DNA of 64,000 bases from a virus. The translations under genes were made by a program, and so were the position numbers. Of the stretch, positions 18,099 to 26,378 are shown piece after piece. Below the pieces are notes generated by a model that searched no databases, was not told where the DNA came from, and was given only the letters and a program-made list of their open reading frames with translations. Numbering within the stretch: position 1 is the first letter of the stretch; each line of letters starts with the position of its first letter. The DNA lies in UHGV virus genome UHGV-0038492; one strand, written 5' to 3'.

Positions 18099-18707
18099 AT
18101 GAACGAAATTACTTTGGTTCGTTTTATCGAAGCGATGCATCGAAACGAAGCTAATCCACACTCTCCATTATTCATCGATTTAATGGAGGAAGAAGTCGAA
18201 GGGTTCTTAGCGTACCCGCGTTTGAAAGCGTATTTTGAACGTAAAACACCAAGCGCTTACGAAAAGCTGATGTACGCGTTAGATAACCGTACTACGCTAA
18301 ATAATACGCCGTTTAAAGCGCTGGAAGCAATAGACCCTACCGGGGGTGCAGGTATCCCACAACGCGTTGTGTTCTACTACATCGACAACGGCCGTATTAA
18401 AGCCGACGTTGTAAACTGGATCTCCGAAGGGGAAATCCCGGAAACGCGTACTTTTAACCTCTGCCCGGTAGAAGAAGGTTGGGTCGCAGGAACGCATTAT
18501 TCCTATCCGTATCAAAGCATCAAATCACCTTATCTGTATCCGGTGTATTTAGATGACGTTACGCCAGGGAAATGTATTCCCGTTACCAATCTGATTTGTT
18601 TACTGACGATGGAAGTTGTTGCGTCAGATGCAGGCCAGGCTTGGGTTGAGCAATCGAAAAATATCCAAAACTGGCAGGAGATGGGCTACAAGCTCTATCA
18701 GCCGTAA
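18099..18707 (+). CDS. hypothetical protein (202 aa)
   Basis: Track ORF; RBS AAGGAAA. Confidence 0.7.
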   Translation: MNEITLVRFIEAMHRNEANPHSPLFIDLMEEEVEGFLAYPRLKAYFERKTPSAYEKLMYALDNRTTLNNTPFKALEAIDPTGGAGIPQRVVFYYIDNGRIKADVVNWISEGEIPETRTFNLCPVEEGWVAGTHYSYPYQSIKSPYLYPVYLDDVTPGKCIPVTNLICLLTMEVVASDAGQAWVEQSKNIQNWQEMGYKLYQP

Positions 18708-18713
18708 TACCAC

Positions 18714-18762
18714 GAGAGAACCTTCGGGTTCTCTCCCTTCTCTTTTATTTTTTTTCTTTTTA
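18714..18762 (+). terminator. intrinsic terminator (GAGAGAACC / GGTTCTCTC stem, TTCG loop, long T-tract)
   Basis: 9-bp stem 18714-18722 / 18727-18735, tetraloop TTCG, followed by CCTTCTCTTTTATTTTTTTTCTTTTT. Confidence 0.85.
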
Positions 18763-18791
18763 CACCACGCTCCGTGAATATGGAGGTGGAC

Positions 18792-21296
18792 ATGTTAAAA
18801 GTTGAACGTATTGTACTTAAAGGATTTACCGGAATGGGATTACACGAAATCGAAACCTTCGATTTTACTATCCATTCCCCGACCACCATTATCCTCGGTG
18901 GTAACGGCTGCGGTAAGACCAGCTTACTGTCCGTGTTTCTACCTATCGCACCTTCGAAATCCGAATTCCGTGACGGGGGTTCCTACACCAATATCTGTTT
19001 GGTTAACGACCATCGTTACAAGTTTAAAGTTGCACGTAAAGGCAACTCACTGGTTTGCGATATCGAGAACCTGACGACGGGTACCAAAATCGTCGAGCAA
19101 GGTAATGCGAAAGTGTACAACTCTCGCGTGGAAGAAATCACGGGTATTACAAAAGAGATTAAAGAGTTACTGAACGGAGAAGTGCTTTTAACGGATGCAG
19201 GAACGGAACTGCGTCGTAAGTGGTTCTACCGTTTAAGTACATCAGACTTAACGTACGCGTTAGGTTTTTATCAACGTTTACGAAAAAACCTAACGATGTT
19301 AAACGGCGGTATTGAAATCACCAGCCGCAAAATTGCAGAGTTGCGTACCCGCGTGATTGATAACGAGGAAGAACGTCAGCAGTTAGCAACACGGTTAAAA
19401 GCATTAGAAGCGGATTTACGTGAACTCAACAAACAGATCGAACAGCTGCCAGGTCTGAATCGTGACGTTACGGTGGCAACGATTCAATCGCTATTGCTTA
19501 AAATCGAAGCACCGATTAATGCTATCTTGGAACACCGTGGCGGATTACCTACGGAAGAACAGGTAGAGGAAGCACGACGCGTTGAAGCCACTGCCCGTGA
19601 AGCGGTGGTCTCTGCTGAAACAGAGCTGTCTATGCTAAACAAAGATTTGTCTTTGTTGATGGACGAGTCTACCCGCCAAGATTACCTGATGCGAAATCAT
19701 GAAGGGTTAAAAAACACGGTTGCGAAACTGCGCGAGTTATTAAAGCAGTGGGACACCGAACACCTTTTCCCTGAACTGTTTGCAGAGACCGTTAACATCG
19801 ACCAGCTTAAAGCAGCGACGGATGCGCGTGTCTGGGGACAACGTTTAGGAACAACGCTGGACGCCATTAAGTCAACGGAGCGGTTGAACGTACTGGAAGA
19901 GAAGCTGTTGACCTTAGACCAAAACTCGTCTGGGTTGCGTGACCGACTACAACGCGTTGAAAACGTATTGCAGAACCTCAACCACGAACGGAATCACTAT
20001 TTGGAAACCGCCGAGGTTGATTGTCCGCAGTGTCAATTTAAATTCCGTCCGGGTGTGCGTCGATCGCTGCCTGAATTGGAAGAAGCCATTCGTGGGCAGA
20101 TGGAGCAACGTAATACGTTACAGACTCAGCTTGATTCCGTGTTGCGAGACCGTACGGAATTAGAATCGGACGTTAATTACATGCGTCAAGTACGGGAAAT
20201 CGTTTTAACGTATTCGAAAGACCCGGTATTGAGTTTGTTCTTTAAACGTCTCCAGGAGCGGAATGTCTTTACGGATAACCGCAGTCAGTTCGGCAGTTTG
20301 TGCGCGGAGTTCGATCGTGAACTTTATTCTGCAATTGAGTACCACGAAACGATACACCGTTTTGCTAAAGCGGAAAAAGAGTGGGAAAATGCAGTTGCAG
20401 CGGTAGGTAACGTTGACGGTGCACTACAGCAGAAAATTGCCTTCCAGCAGGAACGTTTGGGTAAGGCGACAGAAACGCTCTCAGAGCGCCGTAGAGAGCA
20501 CGCAGTTGCTAATGATACCTTTTGTTATCTAAACGAACTTAAAGCCACTGTAGACAATTTTAATGCGGTTTTTGAGCGTTTAGAGAACGATGTTAAGGTA
20601 ACATTAACCAACACGGTGGTCGAAACGTTATTAAACGCCCGAGAAAACAAGTTGGATGCGTTCACCACAGCACGGGAACGGTACCGTCAAATGGAAAACG
20701 AACTCAACCAACTTACTGCGTTAGAAAAGGAGTTATCAGATTTACAAGCGCAGCAATTTAATAACAAACTGATGATTCAAGCGTTCTCACCTGAGAAAGG
20801 GGTGTTACGCAAATACTTCTACAACGCTATCGTGAGAATCACGGAATTGATGACGCGGTATATCGAACAAGTCTGGACCTACCCTATGCGGGTCATGCCG
20901 TGTGACTTAACCGACGGTGACTTAGACTACACGTTCCCAGTGCAGTTGAAAACCCATCCTGAACCGGTACCTGACGTACGGAAAGGGTCGAAAGCGCAGC
21001 GAGCCATCTTTAATTTGATGTTTCGTTTAACCGCTTACAAGGCCCTGAAACTTCATCAGTATCCGCTACTGTTGGATGAACCGTCAGAAGGGATGGATGA
21101 AGAACACCGAAATAACCTCGTTGGGTTTATTAAAACCTTGGCGAATTCTGGTGAGTTCTCTCAGTTACTGGTGGTGTCTCACGAAGCAGAAATTCATTCA
21201 AAACTTAACGAAGCCGCATACTGTGTTATTGAACCTGAAGGCGTAACACTGCCTGCGGTTTACAACGAAGGAGTAAAAATTGTCTACGCAAACTGA
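18792..21296 (+). CDS. Rad50 / SbcC-like ABC ATPase with coiled coil and CxxC zinc hook (834 aa)
   Basis: Track ORF 18774-21296 trimmed to ATG 18792 preceded by GGAGG; N-terminal Walker A GGNGCGKTS; central coiled-coil-like region with CPQC; C-terminal Walker B LLLDEP and H-loop VVSHEA. Confidence 0.8.
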   Translation: MLKVERIVLKGFTGMGLHEIETFDFTIHSPTTIILGGNGCGKTSLLSVFLPIAPSKSEFRDGGSYTNICLVNDHRYKFKVARKGNSLVCDIENLTTGTKIVEQGNAKVYNSRVEEITGITKEIKELLNGEVLLTDAGTELRRKWFYRLSTSDLTYALGFYQRLRKNLTMLNGGIEITSRKIAELRTRVIDNEEERQQLATRLKALEADLRELNKQIEQLPGLNRDVTVATIQSLLLKIEAPINAILEHRGGLPTEEQVEEARRVEATAREAVVSAETELSMLNKDLSLLMDESTRQDYLMRNHEGLKNTVAKLRELLKQWDTEHLFPELFAETVNIDQLKAATDARVWGQRLGTTLDAIKSTERLNVLEEKLLTLDQNSSGLRDRLQRVENVLQNLNHERNHYLETAEVDCPQCQFKFRPGVRRSLPELEEAIRGQMEQRNTLQTQLDSVLRDRTELESDVNYMRQVREIVLTYSKDPVLSLFFKRLQERNVFTDNRSQFGSLCAEFDRELYSAIEYHETIHRFAKAEKEWENAVAAVGNVDGALQQKIAFQQERLGKATETLSERRREHAVANDTFCYLNELKATVDNFNAVFERLENDVKVTLTNTVVETLLNARENKLDAFTTARERYRQMENELNQLTALEKELSDLQAQQFNNKLMIQAFSPEKGVLRKYFYNAIVRITELMTRYIEQVWTYPMRVMPCDLTDGDLDYTFPVQLKTHPEPVPDVRKGSKAQRAIFNLMFRLTAYKALKLHQYPLLLDEPSEGMDEEHRNNLVGFIKTLANSGEFSQLLVVSHEAEIHSKLNEAAYCVIEPEGVTLPAVYNEGVKIVYAN

Positions 21297-21480
21297 TTGG
21301 TGGCGTCAGTTACTAAGCGTTTTAGGGTTTAGCGTCATGGTGCTGGTTGCCATTCTGTACGTGCTATTTTGTATAACGGCGATTTTATGGGTGGTCTTAG
21401 CGTACGCGATTAGACTCGCCTGGGGTTCAATTTGGCACCAACGCGAATGTGAGTGGCGGTGTGTTGGAGGGAAGTCATGA
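21280..21480 (+). CDS. small membrane protein (66 aa)
   Basis: TTG start preceded by AGGAG, overlapping the end of the ATPase gene; very hydrophobic, about two transmembrane segments. Confidence 0.45.
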   Translation: MSTQTDWWRQLLSVLGFSVMVLVAILYVLFCITAILWVVLAYAIRLAWGSIWHQRECEWRCVGGKS

Positions 21481-21587
21481 TTGAGGGTATTCTGTTAACA
21501 CTTGGGTCGTTGTGGATTATTGGGAAATCCCTCAACTGGCTGATTAAAAAGTACGGATGGGCTTTCAAAGGCTCTACGCACAGTTAA
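21477..21587 (+). CDS. micro membrane peptide (36 aa, MIEGILLTLGSLWIIGKSLNWLIKKYGWAFKGSTHS)
   Basis: ATG overlaps the preceding stop (ATGA); one predicted TM helix; too short for the track. Confidence 0.3.
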   Translation: MIEGILLTLGSLWIIGKSLNWLIKKYGWAFKGSTHS

Positions 21588-21595
21588 GTTAGAAC

Positions 21596-21625
21596 CCCCT
21601 CCTGGGTAACTGGGAGGGCGTTTTA
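21596..21625 (+). terminator. weak hairpin terminator candidate (CCCTCC / GGAGGG + GTTTT)
   Basis: 6-bp stem with 10-nt loop and a short T-run. Confidence 0.3.
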
Positions 21626-21637
21626 CGAGGGAAAACC

Positions 21638-21766
21638 ATGACTGTTGTCAATACTACCAATGCTGCAATTGGCGCTTTATACAACGCGGAACTAACATGG
21701 GGTGCGGGATTTATTACCGTACTGCTTCTTGCCGCAGCCGCTTTTATCATTGGACGTTGGTTTTAA
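21638..21766 (+). CDS. micro membrane peptide (42 aa, MTVVNTTNAAIGALYNAELTWGAGFITVLLLAAAAFIIGRWF)
   Basis: ATG preceded by GAGGGAAAACC; one predicted TM helix. Confidence 0.35.
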   Translation: MTVVNTTNAAIGALYNAELTWGAGFITVLLLAAAAFIIGRWF

Positions 21767-21799
21767 TTTCAATCTTTTTGCGTCTGTAAGGTCTGATAA

Positions 21800-22243
21800 A
21801 TGGAAATTTATTTGTTGAACGCACTTTCTAAAATCGGTGAAGAACAAGCGAAAGATTTACTCGCACTTCATTACCGTTACTTAGATCACCAAGCAACGAT
21901 GCTGAAAATCAAAACCGCTGTACCGAAATTAAACGTGCGTCAACTGATCGAAGGCAACTGTGTTGTTCTGATTTATATCGACGATGTTGCGGTGGGTTAT
22001 TGCAGTTACCGTAATCGCAACGGGGTACTCAAAATTCGTTCGTTATACGTGCTACCCGATTACCGTCAGCGCGGGGTAATGAAAGAAATCTTCAAAGCGA
22101 TAGCCGCTGATGAAACATTCGGTGAAATTGCCATTGGGATGTACACGAAGTGCAAAGAAGCGAAAGAGTATTTCATTCGTCGTGGCTACAAAGCAACCTA
22201 TTCTCACGATAAAGAATGGGTGGATTTCAGCAAAACTTTCTAA
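21800..22243 (+). CDS. GNAT-family N-acetyltransferase (147 aa)
   Basis: LKIRSLYVLPDYRQRGVMKEIFKAI resembles the GNAT acetyl-CoA-binding motif region. Confidence 0.7.
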   Translation: MEIYLLNALSKIGEEQAKDLLALHYRYLDHQATMLKIKTAVPKLNVRQLIEGNCVVLIYIDDVAVGYCSYRNRNGVLKIRSLYVLPDYRQRGVMKEIFKAIAADETFGEIAIGMYTKCKEAKEYFIRRGYKATYSHDKEWVDFSKTF

Positions 22244-22253
22244 AACAATAAAG

Positions 22254-22304
22254 GCTCTCTTGACGTTCCTCACTATGAGTGTGAGATTTTTACGTCAGGA
22301 GAGC
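22254..22304 (+). promoter_or_regulatory. stem-loop that base-pairs the Shine-Dalgarno of the gene starting at 22310
   Basis: 12-bp stem GCTCTCTTGACG (22254-22265) / CGTCAGGAGAGC (22293-22304) with one G-U pair, enclosing a smaller CTCAC / GTGAG hairpin; the right arm contains the AGGAG ribosome-binding site. Confidence 0.4.
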
Positions 22305-22309
22305 TACTT

Positions 22310-22546
22310 ATGTTAAACAGTTTCGGTGTAGGTGGAATGGATACAAGCATTTGCTGGAAAGAATACGAACGCGCAAAAGCATTTCTCCAGCATCCCAACG
22401 TGGGTAAGATCGGTCAGGTGTGTTTTGGTAAACCTGCACTGACAGCCTGTATTCAAGGTGCGTTAGGAACGCTGCCACCTGAATCACCTTTCGAGCCTAA
22501 GGAGAATCCAGATGTTACCAGGAACCCAAACCCCGTATCTATTTAG
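22310..22546 (+). CDS. hypothetical protein (78 aa)
   Basis: Track ORF; RBS AGGAGAG; overlaps the next ORF by 35 nt in another frame. Confidence 0.5.
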   Translation: MLNSFGVGGMDTSICWKEYERAKAFLQHPNVGKIGQVCFGKPALTACIQGALGTLPPESPFEPKENPDVTRNPNPVSI

Positions 22547-22886
22547 TGAACCACTGGATAACAGCGACATCTTACAAATCTGTTATCAGTGTCACGAAAT
22601 CGGTGGCAGTGAACTTACGCGGGTTAATAAACTACTGTGGCTGATTCCAGAAATCGAATTACCGTTCGTTAAGCCGAGTTTGTGGCGTCGTGGTGCGTGC
22701 CGCGAAGCGTATATGCTGTCAAGATTTAACATTAATCTGGAGAAGGTCTGGGAGAAAATGAATGACGCCCAAACCCGAGAACAGATTACGCACACGCTAG
22801 AATTGCACCTTGCCATGAATCGCCTCGGTCTCGAACACGAAGGGCTGGAGTCCGTTATCAGTCAATGGGTGAAAAGGAATCGTTAA
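22512..22886 (+). CDS. hypothetical protein (124 aa)
   Basis: Track ORF; RBS AAGGAGAA. Confidence 0.55.
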   Translation: MLPGTQTPYLFSEPLDNSDILQICYQCHEIGGSELTRVNKLLWLIPEIELPFVKPSLWRRGACREAYMLSRFNINLEKVWEKMNDAQTREQITHTLELHLAMNRLGLEHEGLESVISQWVKRNR

Positions 22887-22993
22887 TGTCTAAAACGTAT
22901 ATAGCGATTTTGGTTGAGTTGGCGATTGGCGGAACGCGGTTTATCCCTGTGCATCAATTATGCTTACCTCACTCGGTAAGACCGTTATGTTAA
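22886..22993 (+). CDS. small ORF (35 aa)
   Basis: ATG overlaps the preceding stop (TAATG); RBS AAAGGAA; overlaps the start of the macro-domain gene; real-gene status uncertain. Confidence 0.25.
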   Translation: MSKTYIAILVELAIGGTRFIPVHQLCLPHSVRPLC

Positions 22994-23484
22994 CGATACT
23001 TCCAGAATCGGATATTGACAACGACCTGTTTAATGCGCCTGAGCGCTTCAAGGTCGTTACGATAAATTGCGTAGGGGCAATGGGTCGGGGTATCGCTTTA
23101 GCGTGCAGAGAACGCTATCCTGGGCTTTATCAGGACTACCGAGAACGTTGCTTCGCTAACGAAATACGAATAGGGAATGTGTATGTTTATCCCGAGGAAA
23201 ACTGCATTCTCTTACCAACCAAAACACATTGGAAACTAAAATCCCAGGTTTCTTATGTTATCGCGGGTATCACCGCGTTGGCAGATGCCGCAGAAAATTT
23301 AGAGGGTGGGGTGGCTTTACCGCCGTTAGGGATGGCTAACGGTTGGTTGACAAAAGCTGAACGTCAACAAATCTTTTTGTTTATCGAAAAGAAACTCGTA
23401 CCGAGGAGACAACATTACCGTTTCTATTTACCCGATACGCTTTACCAAGAAGCAAAACCTTTAATTCCAAACCTTTTTAAATAG
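22987..23484 (+). CDS. putative macro-domain (ADP-ribose binding / hydrolase) protein
   Basis: VVTINCVGAMGRGIALAC resembles the Gly-rich ADP-ribose-binding loop of macro domains and LPPLGMANGW the second conserved Gly motif; alternative start at 22960; assignment is motif-level only. Confidence 0.5.
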   Translation: MLTILPESDIDNDLFNAPERFKVVTINCVGAMGRGIALACRERYPGLYQDYRERCFANEIRIGNVYVYPEENCILLPTKTHWKLKSQVSYVIAGITALADAAENLEGGVALPPLGMANGWLTKAERQQIFLFIEKKLVPRRQHYRFYLPDTLYQEAKPLIPNLFK

Positions 23485-23584
23485 ATATTATCATTAGGGC
23501 ACACAACAAAGGAGTACCAGCTGTCCGCGCCGTGATTTCGTTCTACGGAACACGGAAATGTATAAATCCAACTGGAGAACTAGT

Positions 23585-24271
23585 ATGTTTCGTACCTTCT
23601 TTCTTTTACTGGTAACACTTTTCGCGTTTAACGCATACGCATCCAAATCCGCACCCAGTGCCAAACACCATCGTGAATTCGAAATGATTCAAGACCGTTT
23701 CGAACGTGTAAAACCGTTGATTGTGGAAATCTCCCGAAAGCAGGGTGTTGATCCTAAGTTGATGACCACGCTAATCTATCGAGAATCACGGTTTAATCCG
23801 AAGGCGTATAATCGAACGTCTAAAGCGCACAGTCTGGTTCAGATGCTACCGAGCACAAAGCGTAATTTACTAAAACTCTACGGCAACGAAATCGGACTTA
23901 GTCGTAACGCGGATTTGTATAATCCTCGTAATGCGGTGCTATTGGCTTCCGTCTACGTTAAACATTTAGAAAAGGGGTTGACTAAACGACTCAAACGCAA
24001 GCCCACTATTGCAGAAATTGCATTGGCTTATCACTGGGGTGAAAGTGGTGCACACGCCAGGATTAAAAGCAAGTCTCGGGCGGCACAACGAGAAATGGCG
24101 AGCTTTATGAAAGATGCAACGTTCTACAGTGCGAAAATCGACAAGCCTGTAGCATCTCGTCAGCTTGCGTTTGCGAAGAAACCAGAACGCCAGATTCAGT
24201 TAGCGGAAGTTAACCGAATTTGGGATACGATAAACACCAGTTTTCCATTTAAACAAGGAGTCACCCTTTGA
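23585..24271 (+). CDS. secreted lytic transglycosylase (SLT-domain, candidate endolysin)
   Basis: Track ORF 23558-24271 trimmed to ATG 23585 preceded by GGAGAA; signal peptide MFRTFFLLLVTLFAFNAYA; SLT family-1 signature YRESRFNPKAY...AHSLVQM. Confidence 0.8.
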   Translation: MFRTFFLLLVTLFAFNAYASKSAPSAKHHREFEMIQDRFERVKPLIVEISRKQGVDPKLMTTLIYRESRFNPKAYNRTSKAHSLVQMLPSTKRNLLKLYGNEIGLSRNADLYNPRNAVLLASVYVKHLEKGLTKRLKRKPTIAEIALAYHWGESGAHARIKSKSRAAQREMASFMKDATFYSAKIDKPVASRQLAFAKKPERQIQLAEVNRIWDTINTSFPFKQGVTL

Positions 24272-24777
24272 GCATCGTTGTAACCGATTGGTATAAAGGT
24301 ATCACTAAGGCTACCCAACTCACTGCCCAGGACGTATATAGCATCGTTCGTAGCAGTAGCGAAGACCAGATAAAGTCCGACGAAGACTTTGCAACGCGTC
24401 ATGAGTTTTACGATGCCCTTAAAACGGCTTTCGGTGATGACGAAGAAGAAGGTTTAGAGTTTGACTGGAACGTCAACCTTGCCTTGTTGTGGATTTGCGG
24501 ATTACGTCCGAGTGTGAAAGACACGGAGCAAGGGAAAGTTCTGTTGTGGCACTACACCGGTAAATACAATCCGAACCAGGTCTTTAAAGAAGCGTATATG
24601 GAAGCCACTGTAGAGTTACAGAATCTGCTGTTGGGTGAGAACACCTACTGTCAGCGTAGCTTCCTGACGATTCTGGAGAAACTGGCGACTACGCACAAAA
24701 TCTGGCGACAGGCAGATGCCCCTGAACACATCTTCGTTCTGGAATTTACTGTGATTCCAAACCAACCGTTCTTTTAA
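24268..24777 (+). CDS. hypothetical protein (169 aa)
   Basis: Track ORF, TTG start preceded by AAGGAG. Confidence 0.6.
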   Translation: MSIVVTDWYKGITKATQLTAQDVYSIVRSSSEDQIKSDEDFATRHEFYDALKTAFGDDEEEGLEFDWNVNLALLWICGLRPSVKDTEQGKVLLWHYTGKYNPNQVFKEAYMEATVELQNLLLGENTYCQRSFLTILEKLATTHKIWRQADAPEHIFVLEFTVIPNQPFF

Positions 24778-24783
24778 TACTTG

Positions 24784-24822
24784 CCCCTAATCCAATCGGA
24801 TTAGGGGTACTTTCATTTATTC
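24784..24822 (+). terminator. hairpin terminator, CCCTA...TAGGG family (CCCCTAATCC / GGATTAGGGG)
   Basis: 10-bp stem 24784-24793 / 24798-24807, 4-nt loop, moderately T-rich tail. Confidence 0.55.
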
Positions 24823-24840
24823 CCCTAAAGGAGCAAAGGT

Positions 24841-25320
24841 ATGTTGAAGTTTATCTGGCGTTACCCAACCCGCTTTTGGTTCGTGGTATTAGAGGTAATC
24901 ACCGTTCTACTGTTAGTGACGTTCGTAAACGTCCCTACGAAACAAATGGTGATTTTCTGTGTATTCGTGGCTATACCGCTGTGGGTGTTTGCAAAGATTA
25001 TTAAGTTTTGCATGATAAGCTGGGCGAACTACACCTGTCCATTTAAACCCAGAGAAATCATGAATTGGCTGATGTATATCGAAGACCGTTTACCCGCTCA
25101 GTCTAAAACACTGGGCTGGGAATCGATGTTGGATATTGCGCTAGAAACGAATGCAAAATTCCCTGGGTCAAAGAATCCCTATTTGCTGCTGGCCGTTATT
25201 GTTGCCCAGCAGAAACGTGCGGGTGAACGCTGGCTACCGGAAGAAGCGAAAGACTATATTCGTAAGCACCCGAAGGCTTTCTATTCCGTAGGTCAATGGC
25301 GTAACCTCCCACTCTTTTAA
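24841..25320 (+). CDS. membrane protein (159 aa, two N-terminal TM helices)
   Basis: RBS AAAGGAG; hydrophobic segments FWFVVLEVITVLLLVTFV and MVIFCVFVAIPLWVFAKII. Confidence 0.7.
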   Translation: MLKFIWRYPTRFWFVVLEVITVLLLVTFVNVPTKQMVIFCVFVAIPLWVFAKIIKFCMISWANYTCPFKPREIMNWLMYIEDRLPAQSKTLGWESMLDIALETNAKFPGSKNPYLLLAVIVAQQKRAGERWLPEEAKDYIRKHPKAFYSVGQWRNLPLF

Positions 25321-25373
25321 CTTTTTTACAAAACCCTTAGTTGATTTGAACAAACCTAAAGAGGACTATTAAA

Positions 25374-26318
25374 ATGACTTTTCCATCTGAAGTAATCTAC
25401 ACACTGGCTAATATTTTTCGCCGTGGCCATAATTTCCCACAGTTCCGGAAATCAGCAGATGTTACAGCCGACTTTCTGTTTAATTATCTAATTGGTACCG
25501 ATCCTGCAAGCGTTACGCAGGAAACAATTATGGATATTGAACGTGTCTCGGAAATTATCCCGATCGACTACGCCTCAGGGTATCAAGACGGAGTTAAGTT
25601 CAACTTCTCAATGGGTATGCGTCGGACTTCCATTGACATTAAGCCACGCACGAGTAACGAAACCCTTCCAGCAGCAAACTACAATCACGAAGCTCACGGT
25701 AACTGGTTAGTTGTTGTAGAGCAGGGTAAGAATCAGTATGAAGTCGTCGCGGCTAAAGAAGAAAACTATTTCGACCTGGGTCAGATTTCTCGTACTGAAG
25801 AAATCTTTTTTAATGCACGTCAGGGCAATATCGGTGTAACTGGAAGTACGGTTTGTTTCATTCTAAGCAGCTGGCCGCATATTGGTTACGTCTTAACCAA
25901 CGCCTCCAAAACATTCCACACTTTAAAAATAGAGCACAGTCATAAAGTGCTGGGTGATTTGTTTGCTGCCGACGACGAACTACCAGTCCCTGGTACAGAA
26001 GTCGCTGTCTGTGAAAACTACGATGATCTGAAATCTGTGCTCGTTAAACGTGATGTTTTCGAATCGTTAAACCTGGATTTCCCTGGTGACGAAAAAGAAA
26101 TATCCGTAGCTGACCTGGTAGAAGCATTGTGTCAGAAAGACCAAGCTAATGAGATCAGTGACGAAGAAGCGGAACTCTTCCAAGTTCAACAACTCGTCAG
26201 CAAGGTTATCGGCGGCCAGGAAATCGTTGACACCCTTATGGCTTTACCGCCGAAGAAACGTACTCAAAAGTACATTCGTGAACTGGTTCTTGAAAACCTG
26301 GGTCAAGCCAAAAAGTAA
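25374..26318 (+). CDS. hypothetical protein (314 aa); paralogue of the gene at 26379
   Basis: RBS AAAGAGGA; N-terminus MTFPSEVIYTLANIFRRGHNFPQF...FLFNYL parallels MFPSSEYLTHLAYGIRRGSVFRTR...FLFDRL of the next gene. Confidence 0.75.
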   Translation: MTFPSEVIYTLANIFRRGHNFPQFRKSADVTADFLFNYLIGTDPASVTQETIMDIERVSEIIPIDYASGYQDGVKFNFSMGMRRTSIDIKPRTSNETLPAANYNHEAHGNWLVVVEQGKNQYEVVAAKEENYFDLGQISRTEEIFFNARQGNIGVTGSTVCFILSSWPHIGYVLTNASKTFHTLKIEHSHKVLGDLFAADDELPVPGTEVAVCENYDDLKSVLVKRDVFESLNLDFPGDEKEISVADLVEALCQKDQANEISDEEAELFQVQQLVSKVIGGQEIVDTLMALPPKKRTQKYIRELVLENLGQAKK

Positions 26319-26326
26319 TTTAAGTC

Positions 26327-26360
26327 CCCTACTCCTCCGGGAGTAGGGTTATTCTTTTTT
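26327..26360 (+). terminator. intrinsic terminator, CCCTACTCC family
   Basis: 9-bp stem CCCTACTCC (26327-26335) / GGAGTAGGG (26340-26348), 4-nt loop, followed by TTATTCTTTTTT. Confidence 0.8.
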
Positions 26361-26378
26361 CCATCTTAGGAGTATTAA

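Noticed and set aside
17568-18707. Search for an Mre11/SbcD nuclease partner beside the Rad50-like ATPase
   Set aside because: Neither flanking product has the DxH / GDxxD / GNH[DE] phosphoesterase motifs; no partner is present in this window
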